A stretch of 64,000 nt of DNA from Octopus vulgaris. Taxonomy: Eukaryota. A program made the position numbers and the translations under genes. The DNA lies in contig OX597820.1 in NCBI GenBank assembly GCA_951406725.2, positions 5,642,001 through 5,706,000 of the forward strand, in the 5' to 3' direction. Positions 40,783 to 56,371 of this stretch are shown here, one piece after another; position 1 is the first letter of the stretch, and each line of letters starts with the position of its first letter. The notes beneath the pieces are model-generated. The model was not told the origin of the DNA. It searched no databases and worked only from the letters and a program-made list of their open reading frames with translations.

Positions 40783-41324
40783 TGTGTGTGTGTGTGTGTA
40801 TAGATGTGTTTGTGTGTGTATGTGTGTGTAATTGACGCAGTTTACTTTCACTGTGTCTGCTTGTCGTTGGCGATTGATGTCAACGTTAATACGATCTCGT
40901 CTCACTAACCGCCATATATTTAACAAGCTGAAATCAGATAAAAACCCGAGCGTAAACGCCAACACAATGACGGGGCTTTGTTCAACTCCAGTGGGTGGTG
41001 CCATAACAAAACCTATCTAATTACATCTCATTAAAGTTGCCTTCATTGAGGAGAGCTTGCGAAGCTGGCAGGGATGACGGTGGAGGTAGCTACGCTGACA
41101 GGGGCGATGATGGTGGCGATGGTGGTGTTGATGGTGCGGGTGAAGAAAGGCAGAAGACGGTGGTTCGAGTCAGAAAAGAGATGGATTAAATTCCAGGACG
41201 TATATAATTCAAATCTTAAAGCACCCTGGTGAAATATATTGTATTTGTAACAAACAATGAGTAAATGAAAAGATATATATATATAAATGGGTGTGTTTGT
41301 ATGTGTACGAATATGTATATACAT

Positions 41325-41725
41325 CTTTTGTCTTGACTTGTTTCAGTCATTTGACTGCGGCCATGCTGGGGCACCGCCTTTAGTCGAGCAACTCGACCCC
41401 GGGACTTATTCTTTGTAAGCCCAGTACGTATTATATCTGTCTCTTTTGCCGAACCGCTAAGTAACGGGGATATTAAACACACCAGCATCGGTTGTCAAGC
41501 AATGCTAGGGGGACAAACACACAAACATACACACACACATACACACATATATATACATATATACGACGGGCTTCTTTCAGTTTCCGTCTACCAAATCCAC
41601 TCACAAGGCTTCGGTCGGCCCGAGGCTATAGTAGAAGACACTTGCCCAAGGTGCCACGCAGTGGGACTGAACTCGGAACCATGTGGTTGGTAAACAAACT
41701 ACTTACCACACAGCCACTCCTGCGC
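41325..41725 (-). mobile_element. SINE family A (full), followed by a second 3' fragment at 41755-41960
   Basis: Near-identical to 722-1141; TATACATCTTTTGTCT flanks both starts. Confidence 0.9.
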
Positions 41726-42504
41726 CACTCCTGAGTCACTCCTGTATATACATCTTTTGTCTTTACTTGTTTCAGTCATTTGAATGCGGCCATGCTGGGG
41801 CATCGCCTTGAACGGGTTTTAGTCGGACAAACCAACCACAGGACTTTTTTTTTGTTTTATGTCTTGTACTTATTCTATTGGATACTTTCGCCGAACCGCT
41901 AAGTTACGGGGACGTAGACGCCAGCACCGGTTGTGAAGCGGTGGGAGAAGACAAACCACAGGCACAAAGACACGCACTCATAGAACTGCTATAGTTCAGC
42001 TTGGAACTGCACATGGAACACCCACCGCAAAAAATGAAAATTACCACTATGGTGAAACGTATGTAGGGAAAACATAATAATATAAACTGCATCTTGTGTT
42101 TATCATACCTTTTCTTATACAGATATGTACATACAAACATACATAAATAGACACACACGAAGACACACACATACATATATATGTATGTATATGAGAATGT
42201 ATGTGTGTGTATATATATATATATATATATGATAAATGAAAGAGAAAAAGAAGTGAACGAATATGTGTAGACATATGTAAAGAAGATAGTTGGATTTGGT
42301 TACGACATTCCTCTCACGCCCACCTCCAAAAGCTCTCACATATTTTCCGTCTAGGTGTTCCGTTGACATTTATGAATATTTAGTCCCTTTACAAACATGT
42401 CTATATCTATACACGCGACGCGCGCGCACACATGTATACATAAAGTATTCATACAATCTGAAACATGTGTGCGTATGTATACATGTATTTATGTATGTAT
42501 GTAT

Positions 42505-42750
<246 letters not shown>

Positions 42751-43005
42751 ATGATGCTGATGAATTTATTATTAACCTCAGAAAGTTTACACTAGAGGGC
42801 AGTACAGAAGTATACAATACAACATACTATGATGGAATACGGTGTAGTAAAGAGAAAAATGACAAAAACAAAAAATTTAAACAAGTCGCCAAAAAGAAAG
42901 GAGGCCCTGATGCGCTGCAAGTGGAAACACCTGAAAATCACGTTCATACCCCACGATTTCTTCGGCCATAATAAAGACGATGATGATGACAATGAAATGA
43001 GTAAC

Positions 43006-43579
43006 AAGAATTTTAAACTTTTTTGCTACAGTTTCTCAGTCAATTCCACGAGCAAGCTTAGCAAAAATAAATACATAAATACATAAATAGATAAATAAAT
43101 GAACAAAATATTAATAAATAAACAAATCATGAAATCAATTAAACGAAATTAAAATTGGTTGTAATATCTCGTGGAACAAAGTAAGGGAATTTGTGGGCTC
43201 TGGGAGGAGAATATACAAGGCGCTAAAACTAGAATTCATGGTCTTTATGGAGTTTTACCTCAAAACGCAGTAGAATAATTTTTACCTGGAAATTTCGTGG
43301 CTTTTTGTAAAGATCGAAGAATTTCAGGAATTCGAAGAATATCTAAAAATTTCAAATAATTTTCACAATGTGGCTGGGGTATATGCAAATTATTGGTAGG
43401 ACAAATTTTATAAAAGTATACTTCTACAGGCTACATTTCAAGACCAGCTCACTTCCTCATTTTAGCAAAGTGATTGTTTATTAATATTTTATTCATTTAT
43501 TTATCTTTTTATCTATTTATTTTTGCTAAGCTTGCTCGTTGAATTGACCGAGAAACTGTAGAAAAAAGTTTAAATTCTT
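43006..43579. repeat. Inverted repeat (arms 43006-43129 and 43471-43579) at the downstream end of a PLE relic
   Basis: AAGAATTTTAAACTTTTTTGCTACAGTTTCTCAGTCAATTCCACGAGCAAGCTTAGCAAAAATAAAT versus its reverse complement. Confidence 0.8.
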
Positions 43580-44030
43580 CAAGACAACGATTCTTCCTTG
43601 CTAAATAAATGACGCAATCCAACACTTGGAATACGTTTTGCAAATCCTACTTTCACCATAGGTTTCGTTTTTTGTCAGTTTGACTATATCCACATCAATT
43701 GTCAAACATGTAGGCTTAGCTGTCGTTCAAAGAGTTTATGTGAAAGACATCGCAGTATCTATGACTGTTAAGGAAACATCGCTGTACGTTATTTGAGAAT
43801 GTCTTACCAATGTTGGTAGCGATTACTAGACTAAAGGATGATTTACACACAGAAAACATTGCCTGCGATGCTTTTCTGGTGTTCTGAGATATTATTAGGT
43901 TGTATAATATATGCGGACTCAAGAAACTAGTCAATATTTTAATCTAAAAATTTCTTCTGATGAGATACTCCAATGCAGTGAATAATATTTCGTTCTAGGT
44001 TCTTCAAGGCTATAAGTGGTGGTGGTTATA
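43560..44030 (-). pseudogene. Decayed PLE ORF fragment, interrupted upstream by a Helitron
   Basis: KSSFSLVIATNIGKTFSNNVQRCFLNSHRYCDVFHINSL matches the PLE 'PPFS.NV.TNIGK.FL..ID..F...H.Y..IFN.NT' pattern. Confidence 0.6.
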
Positions 44031-44034
44031 TCTA

Positions 44035-44423
44035 TCTTTATATATAAAAGAGAAGTTGTGTGTCTGTCTCCTACGATTTAGATTCCTAACTACTCCTACA
44101 TTTTGCGGTGCAGTGTAACTAAAAGCGGGTATCTTATAGTCGTCATTCATATCGAGCCCTTCTGGGTATTAGCGCGCGTCTATGATGAGTCTACGATTTT
44201 TAAAATAATTTACCATAATTTTTTCCATTTTAATGCATTTTTTCGCTAAGGGAAGTAACTCTCTAAAAATGTCTACGATGAGTCAACGATTTAAAAAAAA
44301 ATTTACCATAATTTTTTTCCATTTTTAATGCATTTTTTTGCTATTTTTTGGCTATAACTCTCTAAAAATGCTTATATAGTTATTTCCCTTACAAACCCGA
44401 GCAACGCCGGGCGATACTGCTAG
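44035..44423 (+). mobile_element. Non-autonomous Helitron with internal duplication
   Basis: A|TCTTTATATATAAAAG ... CCCGAGCAACGCCGGGCGATACTGCTAG|T; same family as 20580-20963. Confidence 0.85.
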
Positions 44424-44945
44424 TATATATATATATATTAACTTATTAAACTTGCAGTTAGGTTAATGCATCCTTGTACTTCAATGCAATGTCTTACAAT
44501 ACTAACTATTTCTATGAGTAGTAACTCTTAAACTAGATTGTTTAAATGGATTAATGAGACGTTTCCTAAATCTAGTTGCTGGCTGTTCGAACGGCAGTAA
44601 GTTAACAGGTACCAGCTACGCACTGGGGTCGATGTAATCGACTTAATCCGTTTGTCTGTCCTTGTTTGTCTTCTCTGTGTTTAGCTCCTTGTGGGTAGTA
44701 AAGAAATAAGTTAACAGGAAACTATCTCCATAAAGGCCAAAGTCTGTTTATTATTATCGAAAGAGGAAGGTGCCTGTATGGAATGTCTGCTGTGTAGGTT
44801 TTGCTATAGAATTGCTAATCTTGAACTTGTGAGGGACCCATTAAGGCTTCTTTGGTATGAGGGCTGTGTATAAAGGTGAGCTGAGATGTGTATGATTTTT
44901 TAAAGGTTTGGTTCATGTTCCTTCTTCACCATATCCAGTTAACAA

Positions 44946-47035
<2,090 letters not shown>

Positions 47036-47052
47036 TAATAATAATAATGATG

Positions 47053-47125
<73 letters not shown>

Positions 47126-47183
47126 TGTTGATGATGATGATGATGATGATGATAATAATGATAATAATAATAATAATGATGAA

Positions 47184-47267
<84 letters not shown>

Positions 47268-48394
47268 AACAACAAAACAACAACAGCAGCAACAACAACA
47301 ATAATATAGAGGTGACATAACCGTGAGCATGCCGACAAAATGCTTAGCGACAGTTCTTGCTTAACTTACAGAATTCAAATTCCACCCGGAGTCGTCTTTG
47401 CATTTCGCCCTTTCGGCGGTAAATATTTTGACACCGGAATCGTGGGGCAGAGAGGATCCGTTTCAACGTCCAAGATGAAGACGGCTGGGTTAAACTGAAC
47501 GATGGATTATCTCTACTGGAAAGCCGGAGCGCCGATGAGCTCACTCACACACACATAGTTTAGTTCGTCGAAATCGCACATAAAAGACTTTGGTCGACCC
47601 GAGTTTATGAACGAAAATCTTGCTCAATGTGCTACGCTTGTGATTGGTTACCAATCTTCTAATCAACACGACTACACTTGCTGTACAAGACCTTATTTTT
47701 ACTTCGATTTCCTTGCACCTTGTAACCTTTGTATTTTAATCCAAAGATTTGTAATCCGAAAGAAAAGAAAATATCTGCTTGTCACAGATTATGACATCTC
47801 TGTAATGGTTCTGATCTTGTTGTCAGTATGTAGAAGCATGAAACCAGACCATCAGAATCTTGTGTCTGTCACAAGCAACGTACTATAATCCTTTCTCCCT
47901 CTCATGTGTGGTGATTAACGGCTTTATATCACTTGGTGACAGTTTGGTTTTATACGGAAGTGTCGGCGTATAGCAGAATTCACAGTGCTACTTAAAAAAA
48001 CGACCCAGGGGTGACTGCTGCATGGAATAACAATACTAAAGCGGTTGCTGTTATACTGATGTAATAAATCACTGTTAAACAATCATGCATTTTACTGTTC
48101 TGCCTGTTTGCTATCACCCGCCTAGTTAGTCGTTTAACTTATGGTGTCACTCAGTAATCTGTCTCTCTCTTTGTCTCTGTCTCTGTCGGTTTCTCTCTCT
48201 CTCTCTCGTCTCTCCGAAATCTGTAGTAATAATTACAACTCACACACTCACACACATACACGCATTCATACATGTTCAGAGGGATATAGATATATAGACA
48301 GAGAGATAGAGAGGGTTTCTTTTTTTATCACCACCATTTACACCAACACCAACATTCCCACACTCTCGCCATGTCTGACCTCCACTCCTTCCTC

Positions 48395-48750
<356 letters not shown>

Positions 48751-48759
48751 ATATATATA

Positions 48760-51316
48760 TATATGTAAAGAGTAAAAATAATTACAGACATGGACAAGAA
48801 CATGAAACACCAAAGAGACGACACAAGAACCACAGGACGGGACATTCGAAGCCCTCAGTAATCAGTCAAGAACCAGATCATCTTAGCAATTTCGGCTGAT
48901 TAATCTTGAGATTGCTCCGATTTGGGCAGCCCGCCAAGGGAAATCTAAGCCAAGCGCATTAGATCCCCTGGAAGAAAGCTTCGAATGTATACAACACGAG
49001 GACGGAAAACGAACGAAGTACACAAACAAAAATACAGAATACGTGACACCAATAAGAATACAAAAACGTAAAAACAATAACGGTAAAAATAAAAAACAAA
49101 ACAAAACCAGGACGTAGGACAAGGGTCTTTCGACAGGACGAGTTGAGTTTAGGGCTGGCTTATGAAGTAGTGCCTAATGGCCGCAGGGAGACGAACAAAT
49201 ACGTGTTGCTTCGGCGACTGCTGGAACGAAAAGGGCGCTTAGCAGTGGCTAGCGGTCACGTGAGAACAAAAGACAGGAGAAAGGGACAGATGAAAAGAGA
49301 GAGAAGGTGGACGAGGGAGGAGAAGAAAGAGACAGATCGAGGGGACTGGAGGTGAGAGAGATAGAGAAACGTAGAAGGGGGGGGAAGACGGATGGAGAGG
49401 GAAAGAAAGGAAGGGGAATAAGGGAGGAGAGAGAGAGAGAGAAAGAGACAGATCAAGAGTCGTATCAATGCTAGAGAAAAAATATACTTATCGTATAAGG
49501 ACAATTGTGGATACGTAGCCGCCGATTATATATGTAAAGAGTAAAAATAATTACAGACATGGACAAGAACATGAAACACCAAAGAGACGACACAAGAACC
49601 ACAGGACGGGACATTCGAAGCCCTCAGTCATCAGTCAAGAACCAGATCATCTTAGCAATTTCGGCTGATTAATCTTGAGATTGCTCCGATTTGGGCAGCC
49701 CGCCAAGGGAAATCTAAGCCAAGCGCATTAGATCCCCTGGAAGAAAGCTTCGAATGTATACAACACGAGGACGGAAAACGAACGAAGTACACAAACAAAA
49801 ATACAGAATACGTGACACCAATAAGAATACAAAAACGTAAAAACAATAACGGTAAAAATAAAAAACAAAACAAAACCAGGACGTAGGACAAGGGTCTTTC
49901 GACAGGACGAGTTGAGTTTAGGGCTGGCTTATGAAGTAGTGCCTAATGGCCGCAGGGAGACGAACAAATACCTGTTGCTTCGGCGACTGCTGGAACGAAA
50001 AGGGCGCTTAGCAGTGGCTAGCGGTCACGTGAGAACAAAAGACAGGAGAAAGGGACAGATGAAAAGAGAGAGAAGGTGGACGAGGGAGGAGAAGAAAGAG
50101 ACAGATCGAGGGGACTGGAGGTGAGAGAGATAGAGAAACGTAGAAGGGGGGAAAGACGGATGGAGAGGGAAAGAAAGGAAGGGGAATAAGGGAGGAGAGA
50201 GAGAGAGAGAAAGAGACAGATCAAGAGTCGTATCAATGCTAGAGAAAAAATATACTTATCGTATAAGGACAATTGTGGATACGTAGCCGCCGATTATATA
50301 TGTAAAGAGTAAAAATAATTACAGACATGGACAAGAACATGAAACACCAAAGAGACGACACAAGAACCACAGGACGGGACATTCGAAGCCCTCAGTCATC
50401 AGTCAAGAACCAGATCATCTTAGCAATTTCGGCTGATTAATCTTGAGATTGCTCCGATTTGGGCAGCCCGCCAAGGGAAATCTAAGCCAAGCGCATTAGA
50501 TCCCCTGGAAGAAAGCTTCGAATGTATACAACACGAGGACGGAAAACGAACGAAGTACACAAACAAAAATACAGAATACGTGACACCAATAAGAATACAA
50601 AAACGTAAAAACAATAACGGTAAAAATAAAAAACAAAACAAAACCAGGACGTAGGACAAGGGTCTTTCGACAGGACGAGTTGAGTTTAGGGCTGGCTTAT
50701 GAAGTAGTGCCTAATGGCCGCAGGGAGACGAACAAATACGTGTTGCTTCGGCGACTGCTGGAACGAAAAGGGCGCTTAGCAGTGGCTAGCGGTCACGTGA
50801 GAACAAAAGACAGGAGAAAGGGACAGATGAAAAGAGAGAGAAGGTGGACGAGGGAGGAGAAGAAAGAGACAGATCGAGGGGACTGGAGGTGAGAGAGATA
50901 GAGAAACGTAGAAGGGGGGGGAAAGACGGATGGAGAGGGAAAGAAAGGAAGGGGAATAAGGGAGGAGAGAGAGAGAGAGAAAGAGACAGATCAAGAGTCG
51001 TATCAATGCTAGAGAAAAAATATACTTATCGTATAAGGACAATTGTGGATACGTAGCCGCCGATTATATATGTAAACAGTAAAAATAATTACAGACATGG
51101 ACAAGAACATGAAACACCAAAGAGACGACACAAGAACCGCAGGACGGGACATTCGAAGCCCTCAGTCATCAGTCAAGAACCAGATCATCTTAGCAATTTC
51201 GGCTGATTAATCTTGAGATTACTCCGATTTGGGCAGCCCGCCAAGGGAAATCTAAGCCAAGCGCATTAGATCCCCTGGAAGAAAGCTTCGAATGTATACA
51301 ACACGATGACGGAAAA

Positions 51317-51319
<3 letters not shown>
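48760..51319 (-). repeat. Tandem array of ~769-bp units (3.3 copies), each carrying a family H permuted hammerhead
   Basis: Unit starts near 48760, 49529, 50297 and 51067; periods 769/768/770 from G-run length; a few SNPs; bounded by (TA)n. Confidence 0.95.
49619..49685 (-). ncRNA. Non-circularly permuted hammerhead (family H); also at 48850-48916 (core mutant), 50387-50453 and 51157-51223
   Basis: Minus strand: AGCAAU-C-UCAAGA / UUAAUC / AGCC-GAAA-UUGCU / AAGAUGAUCUGGU / UCUUGA-CUGAUGA-CUGAG-GGCU. Confidence 0.7.
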
Positions 51320-51404
<85 letters not shown>

Positions 51405-51406
<2 letters not shown>

Positions 51407-51665
51407 TGTTTTTTTTGTATTTATATTCGTGTAACATCGTCCGTTTTTCTGTCCTTGTTTCGTACACATTCGATCCTTTTTCCGAGGAATTTAATACTCT
51501 TAGCTTAGTTTTTCCTTGGGGCTGGCCAGATTGGAGCAATCTCAATATTAATCAGCCGAAATTGCGAGGATGATCCGGTTCTTGACTGAAGATTAAAGGC
51601 TTCGAATGACCCGTCCGTGTTTTTTGTATCGTCTATTTGGATGTTTTGCGTTCTTGTCCCAATTT
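51405..51665 (+). mobile_element. Family H dispersed copy, inverted relative to the array; permuted hammerhead at 51535-51601
   Basis: AGCAAT-C-TCAATA..AGCC-GAAA-TTGC..TCTTGA-CTGAAGA-TTAAA-GGCT; same subtype as 23795-24060. Confidence 0.8.
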
Positions 51666-51831
<166 letters not shown>

Positions 51832-52547
51832 TATTTAATAACAGTTTGAATCGGCTCCATGCAACTCAGTTTCGTAAGCTTTACGTTCTGAGTTCCTGGA
51901 GAGATCACCTTTGTGCTTCATTCCTCCGTGGTCGATAAAATAAAATACCAGTCATGATCTGGGCCAAATGATATCGATCAGTTGCCCTCTCTTCATATGT
52001 GCTGACCATGTGTCTAAATCACAAAACAAAATAAATTAGAATTGCATGAATTTTGACATTGTTCTGGGGACGATAAAGATAAAGTACCGATCGAGTACTG
52101 GAGCCGATCAAATCGACTGTACTCTTTTCCAGAAATGTATGCCTTCCTGTTCTATGTTAGAAATCTTTGTGTAATAAAGAAACAACTGAGTGGTCTGAAT
52201 TCGATCCCATTAAGCGGCACTTTAGGAATATTTTGTCCTACATAACCTCGCTCCAATCAAAGCCTTTTGAATGAAATATTGTAAATAGAAACTGTGCGGA
52301 ATCTCACCATAGTGATCGTCCCTGTTGTTGAAGTGTTCTCTTAATGTGTCCCCTAGTTTAATACCGTCACCAGGTGATTTGGTTCTGTAGTGAAGTTAAG
52401 CCAGCTCTAGGAATGTGATTCTGATCATTGGGCTGAAGGCTCAGAAAACAAAAAAAAATATGAGTACTAGACTATAGCGTCTGATGATAGCACTATATAC
52501 ACAATTATCATGGTTGGTGTTATTTGTAATTTCTCGTTAACTTAGAG

Positions 52548-52612
<65 letters not shown>

Positions 52613-52842
52613 ACGACCTCGAACCCACAAGAGTAAACAAGAGAGACAGAGACAGACAGAAACAAATAAATTGCCACTGGTATTTGAACACTATACAAAT
52701 ATTCCTTTAAAAAAACCTTTCTTTTCATTTTTCTAAGTTTAATTATTTAATTGTTACAGTTGAAAAAGTTTCAATGAATGAAACCGGTACTGAAATGTTT
52801 TTTATAAAATTATTTTAGCATTTTCCATCTTGACTTTTTTCC

Positions 52843-52874
<32 letters not shown>

Positions 52875-52876
<2 letters not shown>

Positions 52877-53206
52877 GAAGGCCTGCAACATCAATATTAG
52901 CGGTTGGGAGGCAGTTGCCGGCAACCGTGGAGACTGGCGACGTACCGTAAGAGAGGGAATACAAAGGAGTGACAGAGAAAGAGAGGAGAAATGGAAAGAC
53001 AAGAAAAGACGTCAACAAGAAACTATGGCATTACAACCAGCCAGGAACAGTCTTCGCTATATTTGCGGCACCTGCCAGAGGGAGTGTTTGTCCAGGATAG
53101 GACTACACAGCCACAGCAGGAAATGTATCAGGACGTGAAATGTAAAAGCCGGACTAGACTACTTTATGCGCAACTCCATTGTCTCCCAAGACAAAAAGGA
53201 TGCCAA

Positions 53207-53210
<4 letters not shown>
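52875..53210 (+). mobile_element. RTE-clade LINE 3' end between (TA)n runs
   Basis: MKACNINISGWEAVAGNRGDWRRTV..YICGTCQRECLSRIGLHSHSRKC, stop at 53138, short 3' UTR with GTCT..AGAC stem. Confidence 0.85.
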
Positions 53211-53248
<38 letters not shown>

Positions 53249-53337
53249 CATACCTAGAAGGAAATAATACATACATGCGTTCATACTTACATGTATATAT
53301 ATGTGTGTGCGCGTGTGTGTACATACATATACATATG

Positions 53338-53489
<152 letters not shown>

Positions 53490-54048
53490 GAGGTATTAAC
53501 ACGAGCAGCGTCTATATTTCATACATTGTTTATGATAAATCCTGCGTGATGTGTAAAAGAAAAACACCCACAAATTTGATAATAAATGTTCTTTCAAAAG
53601 ATATGGATTTCCTGGCAACAATGTCGAGAGGTTTTGTTAATATTCTTCCTCTTTTCTTTGTAAGACCCCGGTATAGTATTACTAGGCTCTTTCTGACACT
53701 CCTTGCTCATCATTAAACTGAATAAACTGAATGGATTCCCTTGCTGTCGACGATGACTATTCTAGTTCTCCGGTCAGTTGAAGTATTTCCCGTTTGTATT
53801 TTAGTGTAACTGGCCGAGTTCTCCACAGACACCTTTACCCTACGTAATTGTCCGACAGTAGCAGTGTAATACAGAGTATGATAGTGTTGGTCCGTTTGAG
53901 GAAGAAAATCAATCCGACGAGGTTCGACATAGTTTCTGTCCCCCCATTTCTTTGGGTCGATCTAAAAGTATGGCAAAATGAATTGTTCGAGATTCCACGA
54001 AGTCAGATCAAACCTGCAACTACGCGTCTACGAAATAGAGTCCTGTTA

Positions 54049-54960
54049 AGGTGGTGAGCTAACAGAAACGTTACCACGCCGGGCGAAATGCATAGCGGTA
54101 TTTCGTCTGCCGCTACGTTCTGAGTTAAAATTCCGCCGAGGTCGACTTTGCCTTTCATCCTTTCGGGGTCGATAAATTAAGTACCAGTTACGCACTGGAG
54201 TCGATGTAATCGACTTAATCCGTTTGTCTGTCCTTGTTTGTCCCCTCTGTGTTTAGCCCCTTGTGGGTAGTAAAGAAATAGGTATTTCTTCTGCCGCTAC
54301 GTTCGGAGTTCAAATTCCGCCGAGGTCGACTTTGCCTTTCATCCTTTCGGGGTCGATAAATTAAGTACCAGCTACGCACTGGAGTCGATGTAATCGACTT
54401 AATCCGTTTGTCTGTCCTTGTTTGTCCCCTCTGTGTTTAGCCCCTTGTGGGTAATAAAGAAATAGGTATTTCTTCTGCCGCTACGTTCTGAGTTCAAATT
54501 CCGCCGAGGTCGACTTTGCCTTTCATCCTTTCGGGGTCGATTAAATAAGTACCAGTTACGCACTGGGGTCGATATAATCGACTTAATCCGCTTGTCTGTC
54601 CTTGTTTGTCCTCTCTGTGTTTAGCCCCTTGTGGGTAGTAAAGAAATAGGTATTTCGTCAGCCGCTACGTTCTGAGGTCGACTTTGCCTTTCATTCTTTC
54701 GGGGTCGATTAAATAAGTACCAGTTACGCACTGGGGTCGATATAATCGACTTAATCCATTTGTCTGGCCTTGTTTGTCCTCTGTGTTTAGCCCCTTGTGG
54801 GTAGTAGAGAAATAGATGTTTACGTTCTGGGTTCGAATTCCGCCGAGGTCAACTTTGTCTTTCATCCTTTCGAGGTCGATAAATAAAGTACCAGTTACTT
54901 ACTTGGGTCGATGTGATCAATTTATCCCCTTCCTCGAAACTGTGCGAAAATATGAAACCA
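54049..54960 (+). mobile_element. SINE family N head followed by about five tandem ~184-bp body units
   Basis: GCCGCTACGTTC recurs near 54109, 54293, 54477 and 54661; fifth diverged unit from ~54820. Confidence 0.9.
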
Positions 54961-55309
54961 ATTTAATGGTGTATTGTATGTTATTATTGCAGTGAACTTA
55001 TCATTAAAGCTTTCCCAACCGTGACCATCCAGCTGGTCTGTCTATGAAGGGACTACAAGTTTCTAATATTTTCCCTCCTTTTCTTCTCACACTTTTCTTT
55101 TGTATGGATTCTGAACACACGCACACAGTCTCTCTTGGACTCTCTCATTCACACACACGCACACATACGTACACACGCACGCACTCACACGCACGCACAC
55201 ATGCACACACACACACACACACACACACTCTCTCTCTCTCTCTCTTTCTCACACACGCAATCATATGCATAAGACTACGCACAGACAGACATACACACAA
55301 CTATACCTA

Positions 55310-55540
55310 TTTATTTAATGCCCACAAGGGGCTAAACATAGAGGGGATAAACAAGGACAGACAAACGGATTAAGTTGATTATATGGACCCCAGCGCGTAA
55401 CTGGTACTTATTTAATCAACCCCGAAAGGATGAAAAGCAAAGTCGACCTCGGCGGAATTTGAACTCGGAACGTAGTCGCAGACGAAATACTGCTAAGCAT
55501 TTCGCCCGGCATGCTAACGTTTCTGCCAACTCGCCGCCTT
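55310..55540 (-). mobile_element. SINE family N
   Basis: Similarity to other copies. Confidence 0.85.
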
Positions 55541-56371
55541 CATACACACAACTATACACATCACACATACACACATATTCAATATATCCCATTTGCCACC
55601 CATTACACGCTTCACACACATCTACACACGCACACAACCACAATATATCTCACATCCACTCGCACCCAACACATCACATACACACGCATCCACATCACCA
55701 CACACACACTAAATGCTATTCACACATCATACACACATTACACCCACCCACACATCTGGTGCAATGCAAACCTCCAATTACTCTATTGTTCCATCTGATG
55801 GAGATAGCGACAACAACAACAACCACAACAGCAACAATAATAACCGGTGGAGCATCAAGTGTGAAGCAAGGCCAGAAGCCACAACACGAATGTCGACAAT
55901 GGCGTCTCCTGAAACAATTGTAGAATGTCGAAAGGAAAACACAAGACAACTATTTACTCGTGGCAGGGATGGATTAACGGAAAGCGTTGACATTCCTTCG
56001 CCGATCTTTGATAGTGTGGAATCGAAATAACTTCTATAAACAAATCAGCGCAATTATTAAGGATATATATCATATATGCCAACGCAGAATTAGGGGCCAA
56101 ACAACGAACCCTCTCACTGGTGGACGTTCCAAATGCTAGATATAGCAGCTGAATGTTTAATAATCCATTTAGTTGTCTTATAAAAGTAACCCGTTAGAAA
56201 ATACCAGTTCTAGGAATACAATATGTCGTGATGGTCACAGATGGAACATTATATATTTTAGATAGGCTTGATTTAATCTGACCTGGGGCTCAACTACAAG
56301 AACAACGCAAATACACTGATGGACACCCACACACAGACACATACATACACACCCGCATACACACACACATT

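Noticed and set aside
47440-47545. Protein-like frame RGAERIRFNVQDEDGWVKLNDGLSLLESRSADEL
   Set aside because: No convincing splice acceptor or donor; sits between SINE fragments; no recognisable homology.
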